Assembly (NCBI RefSeq): GCF_006345805.1 | Contig: NW_021835082.1 | Location: forward strand, 1 to 42,740 | Source: Octopus sinensis | Lineage: Eukaryota | DNA length: 42,740 nt | Reading direction: 5' to 3' | Made by a program: the position numbers and the translations under genes | The notes under the pieces: generated by a model | Database searches by the model: none | The model's input: the letters and a program-made list of their open reading frames with translations, nothing else | What the model was told of the DNA's origin: nothing | Part shown: positions 1 to 11,656 of the stretch, one piece after another | Numbering within the stretch: the stretch's first letter is position 1 | Layout of the letters: each line of letters begins with the position of its first letter

Positions 1-94
1 TACATTTATTTAAGCATACATACACACATATTTAAGAACACTTATGTATTACGTTTTTATACATGCTTATATAGATACATTTGTGTATTACTTA

Positions 95-137
95 TGTATG
101 TACATATACGCATATATATATATATATATATATATTA

Positions 138-181
<44 letters not shown>

Positions 182-242
182 TATATATATATATTCACAT
201 ATATATATATTCACATATATATATGTTCACATATATATATTA
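95..242. repeat. (TA)n-rich microsatellite
   Basis: Interrupted TA dinucleotide run; ORF 81..281 is only its translation. Confidence 0.95.
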
Positions 243-655
243 TATTCGTGGTCATGCACACTTATATATGTTCGTGGTTGATGTATCTCTGATCGTATAT
301 TTCTCTGTAATATGTAGAAATAGCTAACAATGTTGCATACTTTCGTCTCGGTTAATATAAATCAAGAAAATTACTATTGAGAAATAAGAATACGTATATG
401 TATAGGTCAATAAGAATACTCGAGTATACTCTTCGGGATGTTTCCTAAGGTTGAAAAGTCAAGCTTCTTTTCCCCATATCATGAAGAATTTATCTTTGCC
501 AATTTGTAACTTCAAACAATATTTCCATTCAGATACTTATATCCCTATGGCATCAGTAGACATTGTAATAATAAAAAGATTTGATTTGAAATAATAATAA
601 TAATAATAATAATAATAAAGAAGAAGAAGAAGAAGAAGAAGAAGAAGAAGAAGAA

Positions 656-783
656 ACATCCTACGTAAAACACTATCAATAGAATAACAATAAGAGCATC
701 ACAAGAAATCACAGTACATACCCAGGCACACAGAGCTGCGCTCAGTAGTGCAGTGAAAGCACGTGATAAAAATAAGACTAATG
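656..783 (+). mobile_element. R4/Dong LINE, extreme 3' fragment
   Basis: ACATCCTACGTAAAACACTATCAATAGAATAA (HILRKTLSIE*) then ...CACAGAGCTGCGCTCAGTAGTGCAGTGAAAGCACGTGATAAAAATAAGACTA, matching the 3' UTR of the 4485-8519 element; flanked by (AAT)n(GAA)n and (GAA)n. Confidence 0.9.
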
Positions 784-850
784 AAGAAGAAGAAGAAGAA
801 GGGGAGGAGGAGGAGGAGGAGAAGAAGAAGAAGAAGAAGAAGAAGAAGAA

Positions 851-1062
851 TGTTTCCAAATTTTGGCACACGACAACTAATTTCGGGGAGGATTTACTGT
901 TGATTACATCGACCCCAGTACTTGACTAGTACTTATTTTATCGACCGGAAAGGATGAGAAGCAAAGTCGACCTCGGCGGTGTTTAAACTCAGGATGTAAA
1001 GACTGACGAAATGCCTCTAAGTATTTTGCTCAACGCCGTAACGACTCTGCCAGCTCGCCGCT

Positions 1063-1063
<1 letters not shown>
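851..1063 (-). mobile_element. tRNA-derived SINE family A, full length
   Basis: Minus strand begins GCGGCGAGCTGGCAGAGTCGTTA (A box), B-box-like GAGTTTAAAC, body GGTCGACTTTGC...GGGGTCGATGTAATC, tail GTGCCAAAATTTGGAAAC; matches over 10 other copies in the window. Confidence 0.9.
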
Positions 1064-1100
<37 letters not shown>

Positions 1101-1159
1101 TAATAATTATCATTATTATTATTATAACAACAACAACAGCAATGATATCACCTCAGTCA

Positions 1160-1306
1160 TTTTTGGAGAGGGGAAAAATCAATTACATCAGCCCCTAATT
1201 TCACTGGTACTTAATTTATCGACCCAGAAAGGTTAGAAAGCAAAATCGACCTCAGTGGAACTTAAACTCAGAGCGTAGCGGCAAGCGAATTACTGCTAAG
1301 CATTTA
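1160..1306 (-). mobile_element. SINE family A, partial
   Basis: TTTATCGACCCAGAAAGG...AAAATCGACCTC...AACTCAGAGCGTAGCGG...GCTAAGCATTT matches family A. Confidence 0.85.
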
Positions 1307-1345
1307 ATAATAATAATAATAAGAAGAAGAAGAAGAAGAAGAATT

Positions 1346-1890
1346 GCCCTGATGCAGTACCAGGCAGTGGCTCTCATGGCTTCTGATCTTAACTGATTGG
1401 AAGTGTTATCATGTACATTGTTTTGTCTTGGTATAAAAGATGGGCTACAGCAAATATTCTGCTCAATACCACAGATTTGCTTGTCAGTTGTTTGACCTTA
1501 ACCAGTTGACTATGTCCTTTAGTGGCTGACAATATATGCATCTCTGATAATGAGCAGAAGTAGTGGGGGAGCATCATTGAGAGGGATTCTTTAGGGCTTG
1601 AATAATTCACCTCTGGAAACATTGGTGTTTCGTTCAACATCCTTAAACAACCGTTAATCAGGGACCTTTTGAGCAGGATGGGCTACCCAACCTGAAGAAA
1701 ATTCTAACTGGGCCCCAACTGCAAGGTCATGCGCTGTTTATCTTGATATGAGATCACCATGTCGCGCACATATGGTTGTGATGTATGTGTCTGGTGTACC
1801 CTTATAAGACGGGTAGTCATGATGGGTATACTGGGCTTCGTATATTTTACCCCAGTGTCACTTTGATGGCATGCACTGCTCTCTCACCCA
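1346..1890 (+). mobile_element. ~550-bp non-coding retroposon-like element (family N), full length
   Basis: Starts GCCCTGATGCAGTACCAGG, ends GCTCTCTCACCCA; near-identical inverted copy at 3780-4331, 3' fragments at 11657 and 17224; A-rich trinucleotide repeats on both sides; no credible ORF. Confidence 0.85.
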
Positions 1891-1910
1891 ACAACAATAA
1901 TAATGATGAT

Positions 1911-2060
1911 TTTATTTATTGGCCACAAGGGTGAAAGATGAGGGTCACAATATAGAGACAAATTGTAGGTGTTTACATATAATAATGAAATGTTAAAAAA
2001 CAGTATACACGGGTATACACTGGGAAAAAAAGAGACATACTATGCATAGCATACACAGGT
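1911..2060 (-). mobile_element. Tx1/L1-clade LINE 3' terminal stub
   Basis: Minus strand ends CCCTTGTGGCCAATAAATAAAA, the same terminus as the ORF-bearing Tx1 copies at 15986 and 37412. Confidence 0.7.
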
Positions 2061-2359
2061 AAGAAGAAGAAGAAGAAAAAGGAGGAGGAGGAGAGAGAAG
2101 AAGAAGAAGGGGAGGAGGAGGAGAAGAAGAAGAAGAAGGAGGAGGAGGAGGAAGGAGGAGAGAAGGAGGAGGAGAAGAAGAAGAACGAAGAAGAAGAAGA
2201 AGAAGAAGAAGAACGGAGAAGAAGGAAGAAGAAGAAGGAAGAAGAAGGGGAGGAAAGGAAAAAGAAGAAATAGGGAAGAAGAAGAAGAAGAAGAAGGAGA
2301 AAGAAGAAAAGAAGACGAATAAGGAAGAAGAAGGAAGAAGAAGAAGAGAAAAAAGGAAG

Positions 2360-2388
<29 letters not shown>
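2061..2388. repeat. (GAA/GGA)n polypurine tract
   Basis: About 330 bp of GAA/GGA-derived low complexity. Confidence 0.95.
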
Positions 2389-2391
<3 letters not shown>

Positions 2392-2550
2392 TTTTACATG
2401 CTTATCATTTCTCTGGAATTTACTAAGTGGTTTCGTTGTTGATGAATTGTATAGCTTCCTACAGAAGGGAAATCTATTACCAGAGGAGCAAGTAATCAAG
2501 AAAAAGCAGTCAAGTGGAACTGCTGACCTTCAGTATATCGATAGCATGAA
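2389..2550 (+). mobile_element. R4-clade RT fragment (degenerate)
   Basis: Reads FTCLSFLWNLLSGFVVDELYSFLQKGNLLPEEQ..., matching the YRPI(T)CL...LLPEEQKG region of R4 RTs. Confidence 0.7.
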
Positions 2551-3204
2551 GCTAATTGAGATACAACTGTGCATGTCATAGTTCAAATCCGCGCATTCAT
2601 CTTCTCCTTTCACCTTACGGCTTGTATGATTCAATTGACTTAGTATTTTCTCAACAAATTCGTGCGTTTTGCCTTTGTAATATAAGACCACATTACTAAA
2701 TAACATTTATATTAACCTATGCATTACATACAAGACGAGTATTATAAGAGACTGAATCTACTGCCTGTGATATTGCTATCTATTTCTTCGTCTCTCTCGG
2801 GTGAATACAAGGGCCCACCTTTCAGTAGTTGCTATGTATCATACGTATTTATTCAGTTCATTGCCGCCTACTAGCTTTCCTGTTGAATATTGTAAGAGTT
2901 CCATCATTCTGATAGTGCAGTCCCTTGTTATATTTTCCTCTTGGAAAATTATATTTATATTGTCTAATATAATTCAACGTTGAAATTTTTGACAGTTAAT
3001 TCCTTCATGATTATATATATGAGTTTATATCTGGTTCTTAACATCGAATCGAGATGACGCGTCTTCCTATGCTGTATATTATTATATACACAATACGCTA
3101 GTCAACTCACAAATTATCTTGTAAAGAAACAAATTGCATATTATATATAATATATATATGTATAATACGTATATGCATAAATGCAAGGATATAAATTGTA
3201 TATA

Positions 3205-3733
3205 TGCAATTCTGCATTTGTCGCTGTCGGTAGCGTTGTCTGTGCTGCACTTCACATACTTGGTCCTTAACGCTTGTTCTTGAGCTGCGCATACAAGTCC
3301 TTCTCTCTCTATCTTCAGGTCATTTCTCATCATCCATATTCACCAGACATCTGTATCTGTCTTGGCGTTCACATCTATTCCGAACTGACTGTACATTTTC
3401 CCATTCCATGCTCTTTCTTTTTTTGTGTCCATTTCTTAAAATTTTTATTTTTCATTACGGTTCTGTTTTGATGACACCGGCCTTCTTCGTGTATTTCAAC
3501 AATGGTTCCACAGCATTATTTATATACCACCCTAAACTGTTTTCCTCTGCTTCAATACAGTCCTTTCTTCTCGATACATACAGCCTATCGGTGTATTTTT
3601 TAGGGTGGAAGGCTCCGTGTACTGTCAACAATTTTCTTCTCTTCGTAACCATTTTCATCACTGTTCCCTTTTTCCATTTATAATCCCAGCTCCATACCGA
3701 AGTGATGCGATCGCCCACATATTAACTGCTTGG

Positions 3734-3735
<2 letters not shown>
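3205..3735 (-). mobile_element. Diverged R4/Dong subfamily, internal fragment
   Basis: ORF pieces HGAFHPKKYTDRLYVSRR...IEAEENSLGWY and DLKIEREGLVCAAQEQALRTKY...DKCR, the conserved post-RT and pre-CCHC blocks of R4 elements. Confidence 0.85.
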
Positions 3736-3770
<35 letters not shown>

Positions 3771-3779
3771 AGTATTATT

Positions 3780-4331
3780 GAGTGAGAGAGCAGTTCATAC
3801 CATCAAAGTGACACTGGGGTAAAATATACGAAGCCCAATATACCCATCATGACTACCCGTCTGATAAGGGTACACCAGGCACATGCATCACAACCATATG
3901 TGCACGACATGGTGATCTCATATCAAGATAAACGACACATGACCTTGCAGGTGGGGCCCAGTTAGAATTTTCTTCAGGTTGAGTAGCCCATCCCTCAAAG
4001 GTCCCTGAATAACGGTTGTTTAAGGATGTTGAAAGAACCACCCATGTTTCCAGAGGTGAATTATTCAAACCCCAAAGAATCCCTCTCAACACATGGCTAT
4101 GATGCTCCCCCTCTACTTCTGCTCGTGATCAGAGATGCACATATCGTCAGCCACTAACAGACATGCTCAACTGGTTACGGTCAAACAACTGACAAGCAAA
4201 TCTGTGGTATTGAGCAGAATATTTGCTGTAGCCCATCTTTTATACCAAGACAAAACAATGTACATGATAACACTTCCAATCAGTTAAGATCAGAAGCCAT
4301 GATAGCCAGTGCCTGGTACTGCATCAGGGCA
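3780..4331 (-). mobile_element. Family N element, full length (inverted relative to 1346-1890)
   Basis: Reverse complement aligns end to end with 1346-1890; (TAA)n on both sides in element orientation. Confidence 0.9.
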
Positions 4332-4416
4332 TTTATTATTATTATTATTTTATTATTATTATTATTATTATTTTATTATTATATTATTATTATTATTATT
4401 ATTATCATTATTAATA

Positions 4417-4459
<43 letters not shown>

Positions 4460-4581
4460 TTATTATTATTATTATTATATTATTCAGTAGTTTTATTTTT
4501 ATAGCGTGCTTTCACTTCACTACCGAGCGCGGCTCTGTGTGCCTTGGGTATGTGCTGTGATTCGTTGTGATGCTCTGATGG

Positions 4582-7500
4582 TTATTGTATGGAAAGTTTC
4601 TGCGTAGGATGTGTGCAGTGCCTAGTAGTGCAATTTTCTGTATGTTATATGTGTTTGTAAGTCCTGGTGTTTTTGTTATGTATTTGTCTGAATATTTTTT
4701 TATCATGCCTAATGCACCTACTATGATAGGGATTGTTCCTGTTTTTAGATTCCACATTCTGGTTATCTCTATTTCCAGGTTTTGTATTCTGAAAGTTTCT
4801 CCATTTCTTTTAGAGACACGTTGTCATCTGCCTGTATTGATACATCAATTAGAAAGCATTTTTTTCTTCATGATCTCTGACAACTATATCTAGCCTGTTG
4901 GCCTTCATTTCTCTATCTGTGTGTATCGGCATATCCCAGAGTATGGTTACTTCTCGTTTTCTGTGACCTTTTCTGGTGTGTGCCTATACCATCTTTTTTC
5001 TGTTGTTATTCCATAATGTTGGCATAGCTTCCAATGTATGTATGTTCCAACTCTGTCATGTCTGTGAATATATTCCTTCTTAGCCAGGACTGGGCAGCTA
5101 GAGATAATATGATTTATTGTTTCTTGTCCATCACCACATATTCTGCAGTTACTTGTAATATTTCTTTTCATTACATGTCTTCGGTAATTTCTGGTGGGGA
5201 GGCTTTGGTCTTGTGCTGCAATTAAAAATCCCTCTGTTTCTGCTTTGAGTCCTGAGCTTATCAACCATTGCCGGGATTTTTCTTTGTCTATTTCTTTTGC
5301 GTTTAGTTTAGTCCAGTATTTACCGTGAAGGGGTTTTCTTGCCATCGTTTTATCATGGTTCGTTGCTGTTCTATTTTTAGTTTGGATTTCATTTGTTTTA
5401 TAGATTTTGTTGTTTCTTCATCTTCTTCTTCTTCTTCTTCTTCATATTTATTAGGTGGTATGATTTCTTGTTTGTATTTGTCAGCTTCCTTAAATACTGA
5501 GAACAATTTTTCGTTTTGCTCGTGTTTTGCCGCTATTTGTATCAGTTTTCCTTCCTTCTGAAGTAGATATTTTTGCAGTCCTATGGTGGTTATTTTATAG
5601 TAGTTTTCCAGTTGTATAAGGCCTCTACGATGTATATATAGTCTTTCTATGTCAGATTTTGGGTGATGCATCCTAGATCCTGTCATTATTTTTCTTGTTT
5701 TCCTATCTATTTTGGTCAGTTCATTTAGTGCCCAGTTAAGGATATTGTAGCTGCAACTTATAACTGGGACCGCTAAAGTGTTAATACCTATTATCTTGTT
5801 TTTAGCATTGAGCTCTGTTTTTAGTATTGATCTAACTCGTCTATAATATTATTTTTTATTTTCTCTTTCATTTGTGTGTGTTGTGTCTTATCTAGTTCAT
5901 GGATTCCTAAGTATTTGTAAGTTTGGCTTTGGTCTAATTCTCTTATTTCATTGGTTTTATCTAGTATGATGTTGCTACTCTTAACTAGTTTTCCTCTTTT
6001 CATGGTTACTTTGGCGCATTTTTCTAATCCAAATTTCATATCTATTTCTTTGGTAAATCCATGAACTGTCTTTAATAGTGTTTCCAGCTGTTTGTCATTT
6101 GCAGCGTATAGTTTTAGGTCATCCATATATAAAAGGTGGCTGATCGTTTTGCCGTAACATTTATATCCGCATCCAGTTCTATTTAGCATATCAGATAGAG
6201 GTGACAGTGCCAAGCAGAAAAGGAGTGGAGAGAGCGTGTCTCCCTGGAATATTCCTCTTCTAATGGGGATGTCTTTGGTTTTCATGAGTCCCTCTTTTGT
6301 TTGGAGGTGTAGGACTGTTTGCCATTTATTCATAGAGTGCCCTATGTTGGTGGCTACTTTGTTAATGGCTAGCGTTTCGAGGATCCATGTGTGGGGGATG
6401 CTATCAAACGCCTTTTTGTAGTCAATCCAGGCCATACTGAGGCCTTTCTTATTTCTGTGGCTGTCTTCAGTTATGGCTTTATTAATCATTAGTTGATCTT
6501 TACAGCCATATGACCCTTTGCGGCATCCTTTCTGCTCTTCTGGGAACAGTTTGTTTTCGTCCAGGTGCTTGTTCAACCTTTGCGATATCACTGCAGTAAA
6601 TGCCTTGAACATTGTAGGGAGACAGGTATTGGTCTGTAGTTTTCTGGTTTTGCTGTCTCATTTGATTTGGGAATTAAGATGGTTTTCCCCTTCGTGAGCC
6701 ATTCAGGCATTGTCTCTGGCTCTGCTTGTATGTTGTTAAAGTTTTCAGCCAGCTTTTTGTGCATTCCTTTTAGATATTTCAACCAGAAGTTGGGGATCTT
6801 GTCATGCCCAGGTGCCTTCCAGTTGCTTAGTCTTTGCAGTGCCTGGGTGACCTCTTCAGTTGTTATGGGGGTCCAAAGTTGTTCAGATGCCGAGTTTGTT
6901 ATTTTGATACTCCTTTTTTTTTGGTTGTTCGTTCGCCGACCATATTTCTCTCCAGAATTCTTCCACTTCTTCTGCTGTTGGTGCTGCAGTGATTTCTATT
7001 TTATTTTTGCCAAGTTCTTGGTAGAACTTTTTGGGGTTGGAGTTGAACTTTTTGTTTTGTTCAAAGATGCGCTGGCGTTTCTCGTACCGGCGGATCCTTT
7101 GTGCTTTGGCAAGGATATCTTGCTTCAGCTTTTCTTTTATCTCAGGTAAATCTTTTTCTGTGATGTTATATTTGCGGAGTATTTTTGTTTTCTTTTTGTT
7201 GCTCAGTAGTGTTGATTGTTTGCTGATTTCATTAAGAATCGACAGATCTTTTCTCATTTTTTGTATTTTGTTTTGGATGTTATTTATCCACAGGGTTTGT
7301 TTGGGTGGTGGTACTCCTGTTTGGATGGGTTTGAGTGAGTATCCAGCTTCATTTGTGGCTGCAGTGGCTGCTGCGTATATTAAGTCATTTAGCTCAGTGA
7401 TATCGCTTTTTGTTTCAGTGGCTATTAGTTCCGTGACGGCTAGGTTTATGCTGTTTATAATTGGTGTTGTTGTTTCGTCTATTTTGATTCTTGGGAGGTA

Positions 7501-8209
7501 TGGTCGGTGGTCCATTTTGAGCTCTGTGGTTTTCAGTTCTTTGATTATTTTACTTTTTATATTATCATAATCATTAGGCTCCACTTCGTTGTTTACATCT
7601 TGTTTGTTGGGAATGTTATGTTTGTCTTCGTGTTTTACTGTTTCAGTTTTTATATTATTGGGCATTGTTGTGTGGCTTCTATCTACATTTTCCTGGTGTA
7701 TTTTTTCTTTTAGATGTTCTATTTCTATTTCTGATATTTTTTGCGTTGAGAATGTATCTTCGTACGTTAGCTAATTTATTAGGGTTCATTGCTGTATCCA
7801 AGTCTATATTTATGTTATTTTCCTTCCATATTTTAAATGTATGTGTTGTGTTTTCATTTTTTGGGTAGAGCACTGCTATGAAGTATGCGTGTAAGATAGA
7901 AATGTATTCCTTACGTGTCCATTTATGTCTTTTGGGTTTTATTTGCGGGACATGAGGTACAACGTCCGGCCCATTATTTTGACGGTCGTCATTTTCGTAG
8001 GGTACCGGTCCGTTCATTGCTGTTGTCACATTGTTTTGCACGTGTAGTTTTTCGTACATTTTGTGTTGTAAGTTTAAAGTACGTACCGCTCGATTGTTAT
8101 TCTTGGGTTGAATAATATTGGTGGCATTTAATTTCTTCGTAGTTCCTTTGTACATGGTGTTTGGGGTCGGGGATGATCTGGTGTTAGTGGATCGTAATGT
8201 TCCACGCAT
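4582..8209 (-). pseudogene. Disrupted single ORF of the R4/Dong element
   Basis: Split over at least seven ORF-track entries (7679-8209, 6883-7665, 6588-6782, 5821-6612, 5303-5686, 4947-5345, 4512-4757); RLE motif RPD reads RLD (AGGCTAGAT). Confidence 0.92.
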
Positions 8210-8410
8210 GTTTACATGTGTTGTGTTAGAGGTGGAGATTATATCGAGTCAAAATACATCATTTCGTTTTGAAAATAGTAATAAATTTCAATTAGTATTA
8301 CTTACTCGGATACAGTCCAATCCTTTGTTAGTAAATCTTTGGCTCCATACGATGTCCTTGTTTTCGATGTTTGTAGATAGATTTCGGAGCTCTGTATTTT
8401 CCTTCTTACA

Positions 8411-8517
8411 TCTTAAACGTCCCTCGGTGTTCTTAAACGTCCCCAGGTGTTCTTAAACGTCCCCCGGTGTTTAAACGTCCCCCGGTGTTCTTAAACGTCC
8501 GCCGGTGTTCTTAAACG

Positions 8518-8519
<2 letters not shown>
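8411..8519 (-). repeat. 20-bp tandem repeat at the LINE 5' end (5 units plus a partial)
   Basis: Plus-strand unit TCTTAAACGTCCCCCGGTGT at 8411, 8431, 8451, 8471 (2-bp deletion), 8489, partial at 8509. Confidence 0.95.
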
Positions 8520-8563
<44 letters not shown>

Positions 8564-8564
<1 letters not shown>

Positions 8565-8934
8565 TGTTTGACTTTTGCTTTATATTTGTACAAGTTTCAC
8601 CCACAGACCTCAAGAGACAACAGGTTGGAAGTTCATATTGTTGTTATGCCTAGTGTGCCATATATTTGGTTTTGTATTTAGTGTTGTACTAGTGAATGCC
8701 TAAAAAAATTGTTTGTTTTAAAACTTGAGATTACATAGAAAGTATTTTGCGTAGGATATGAGCAGTTCCCATGAGCACTACCTTTTGAATTTCCGCCATT
8801 TTGAGGTTTCCTGGTATCTGAGTTAGGTAGCGATCAGACCCTTTTGCTATCATTCTTAGGGCACCTATGACAACAGGTATTGTTTTAGTCTTCAGGTTCC
8901 ACATTTTGCTGATTTCTATTTCAAGATCTTTATA
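8564..8934 (-). mobile_element. R4/Dong subfamily, 3' fragment with its own 3' UTR
   Basis: Minus strand YKDLEIEISKMWNLKTKTIPVVIGALRMI...EIQKVVLMGTAHILRKILSM*; (TAA)n on both sides. Confidence 0.9.
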
Positions 8935-8946
8935 TTATTATTATTA

Positions 8947-9009
<63 letters not shown>

Positions 9010-9020
9010 TATTGTTATTA

Positions 9021-9225
9021 TTAGCATGCCGGAAAAAGTGCTTAGCGGCATTTCGCTTGAATTTACGTTCCGAGTTCAAATACCGCTGTGGTCGACTTTG
9101 CCTTTCATTATTTCGCTGTTGATAACGCAGTAGCACTGCGGGGGCGGGGGTGATGTAAGCCACTAGCCCTCTTCCACAAAAATTTCAGGCCATGTGTCTA
9201 CAGTATAAGTGATTGTTCTTATTAC
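9021..9225 (+). mobile_element. SINE family A (tail type 2)
   Basis: GCTTAGCGGCATTTCG...GAGTTCAAATACCGC..GGTCGACTTTGCCTTTCAT...AAATTTCAGGCCATGTGTCTACAGTA. Confidence 0.85.
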
Positions 9226-9639
9226 TATAAGATGTTGCACAGTATACAATATTGTGATGTTGTAGATTGAAGTTACTGCGTTCACCGGGAATTTGTGCTA
9301 TCTGTCAAATCACAACAAGCAACTGAGATAGCACTTTAGGCAGTATGCGCGCAGTTTTAAGTAAATCCGATATTTCCAATACATCAAGCGTGTAGGGTAT
9401 TTCTAAACTGTCCAGATGTTTCTTTACTGTGGCTAGTACTGAACATAATTATTAGACGCGCTTGCTTATCACTTTCAAAACCAACTATATCTGGCCTTCA
9501 ATGCTCTAATATATTGCCTTTCTGGAAGTCAAAGTCTTTGCCTTTCCATTTTCTTCCATTAACTTTTCCACTTATTTCTCCTCATAGCATTTTTAATTTT
9601 GTTCATGCACATTGTTTCAGATTTTGTCGACTACACAGT

Positions 9640-10396
9640 AGAGTCAGTTGTGCACATGTAAGACAAACAGCACCATGACGCAATTCACTCTACCAGAAAT
9701 TTGGAAATGACATGCTGTACTGCTTGACATTCGCGCCATAAGCTCCAATACAGACTTTTCAGAGAGTTTGGGTGTGAATCTGAGGACAGTGCAATCTGAG
9801 GACATGTATCGAGTGGGATAAAACAAAACATCCTATCAACATCATGGTATTTGGAGTGATCACAAGTGATGGTGATGGTATGCCTCCATTCATCTTCCCA
9901 CACAGCCTGAGACTCAACACAGAGGCCTACAGCAATTACTCGGAAGAGATAGTGCTGCCCTGGGTCAAGAGGGTGGCTACTGGAACAACCTATGCCTGAC
10001 AAGAGGACTCTGCACCATGCCACACAAGCAAGTGAACCCAGTCATGGCTGCCAGACAGTTTCTGCGACTACATCACCCCTAACATCTGGCCACTTAACTC
10101 CCCATACTGCAGACAATGTGATTATTATGTGTGGGGCGCAAAGGTGAACTAAAGGCAAGGATTAGATCAGCATTCACCAACTTAAACAACGAGGCCGTCC
10201 GGAAAAGTTGCAGGAAATTCCGAAGTCGTCTGGAGGCGGTGCTTGAAGCCAATGGTGATTTTATTGAACATGCTTACTCTTTTGTATTTCAAGATATTTT
10301 AATGTAATTTTGCTAAATATTTCTGTCAAAATGAGATGTCAGTGTTACTTTCACGTTTGCATAATTTAGAGGACAGTTTATTCACCTCAGCCTGTA
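9640..10396 (+). mobile_element. Tc1/mariner superfamily, maT/DD37D transposon remnant
   Basis: Broken frame MVFGVITSDGDGMPPFIFP...QEDSAPCHTSK*TQSWL...WPLNSPYCRQCDYYVWG...FRSRLEAVLEANGDFIE; 37 residues between D(SAPCH) and D(YY); right end CCTGTA; left TIR not found. Confidence 0.88.
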
Positions 10397-10915
10397 CACA
10401 CACAAACACACACACACACACACACACCACACACACACACACACACAAACACAAACACACCCACGCACACACACACATTGTGTATTATTATCAGAAAATA
10501 GATATTTTCTCGTGTTAAAAATTTCCAGACAAAATACTATTTTCTTCTGATAATTTTATCATTTTTGTATATATTCCAATTTTTGTTTTGTCTTTTATAG
10601 AGTATGTTTCATTTGTTATGCTGAAAATATATTCTAAGCCAGCAGCTGAAAAACTTATTGAACAAGGAATTACAGCAACAACAATAGCCAATAAAAATAG
10701 TATGGTCTGGTATTGTTACAAAGTTATAGGATTCAGCAGAGAAATGTGTAACCAATTTAACAGACTCCAGTACTTCACTGGTATTTAATTTATCTAACTC
10801 TAGAGAATATTATACTTTAATAAGTAATACAATACTGCTAGGTATTTTATCAGCAAGTCTAACCTTTTTTTTTTTTATTTAGTTAAAATAATAATTATTA
10901 TTATTGTTATTTCAC

Positions 10916-11553
10916 ATGTTGGCACAATGCCAGCAGTTTCGAGAGAAGGGTTGAGTTAATTATATCGAACACCGTAATTTGCTGGTACTTATTTCATCGA
11001 TCTCGAAAAGGGGACAAAGTTGGCCTCGGTGGAATTTGAACTCAGAACGTAAAGTTGGACTGAAATGTCGATAAGCATTTCGCCATCATAATTATAATGA
11101 TCATAATAATAGTCCTTTCTACTATAGATAGAAGGTCTGAAAATTTTAGGGAAGGGACTAGTCCATTACATCGATCCCAATATTTAACTGGTGCTTATTT
11201 TATCGACCGCGAAAGGATAAAAGGCAAAGTTGACCTCAGCTGAATTTGAACTCAGAACATAGCGACTGGCGAAATACTGCTTAGCATTTCACCCGGCGGG
11301 CTAACAATTCTGCTAGCTCGCCACTTTGATGATCATGATAATAAAGGCTTCAAATTTTGGCACAAGGTCGGCAAGTTCGAGGGAGGGGGTAAGTCGATTA
11401 CATCGACTTCACTGCTCAACTGGTACTGTTTTATCATCGATCCCGGGGGATCAAATGCAGAGTTGACATGGGTGGAATTTGATTTCAGAACGTGAAGTCA
11501 GACGAAATACTGCTAAAAGTTTTGTCCGGCGTTCTAACGATTCTGCCACTTCG
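10916..11553 (-). mobile_element. Three tandem family A SINEs (10916-11085, 11112-11326, 11345-11553)
   Basis: Each has GAATTTGA(A/T)(C/T)TCAGAAC (B box, reverse complement) and the family body; separated by short ATA/ATG repeats. Confidence 0.88.
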
Positions 11554-11571
11554 CAATAATAAAAATAAAAT

Positions 11572-11602
<31 letters not shown>

Positions 11603-11656
11603 AATAATAATAATAATAATAATAATCATAATAATAATAATAATAATAATAATAAG

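Larger units (their letters stand above)
4485..8519 (-). mobile_element. Full-length R4/Dong-clade non-LTR retrotransposon (RT plus restriction-like endonuclease), frameshifted
   Basis: Consecutive minus ORFs give N-terminal KRHKWTRKEYISILHAYF, LWINNIQNKIQKMRKDL, PENYRPI, PEEQKGCRKG, AWIDYKKAFDSIPH, GIFQGDTLSPLLF, LLYMDDLKLY, YKYLGI, CCHC CRICGDGQETINHIISSC, RHDRV and RLE NR(L)DIV..IDVSI..KL. Tandem-repeat 5' UTR; (TAA)n flanks at 4332-4484 and 8520-8563. Confidence 0.96.

Noticed and set aside
1346-1450. HDV-like ribozyme at the 5' end of family N (also checked at the R4 5' end)
   Set aside because: Could not build P1/P1.1/P3 with a J4/2 catalytic C by eye.
1685-1720. CTGAAGA in family N as part of a hammerhead
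   Set aside because: No GAAA strand with a compatible stem II, and no stem I pairing in either circular or permuted order.
8411-8519. Regularly spaced 20-bp repeats as a CRISPR array
   Set aside because: Units are contiguous with no unique spacers, no cas genes are present, and they sit at a eukaryotic LINE 5' end.
4485-8519. Full-length LINE as a currently active element
   Set aside because: Multiple frameshifts and RPD changed to RLD in the endonuclease motif.
10588-10788. Short unique ORF or exon candidates on both strands
   Set aside because: Equally plausible on either strand with no homology; cannot be supported.
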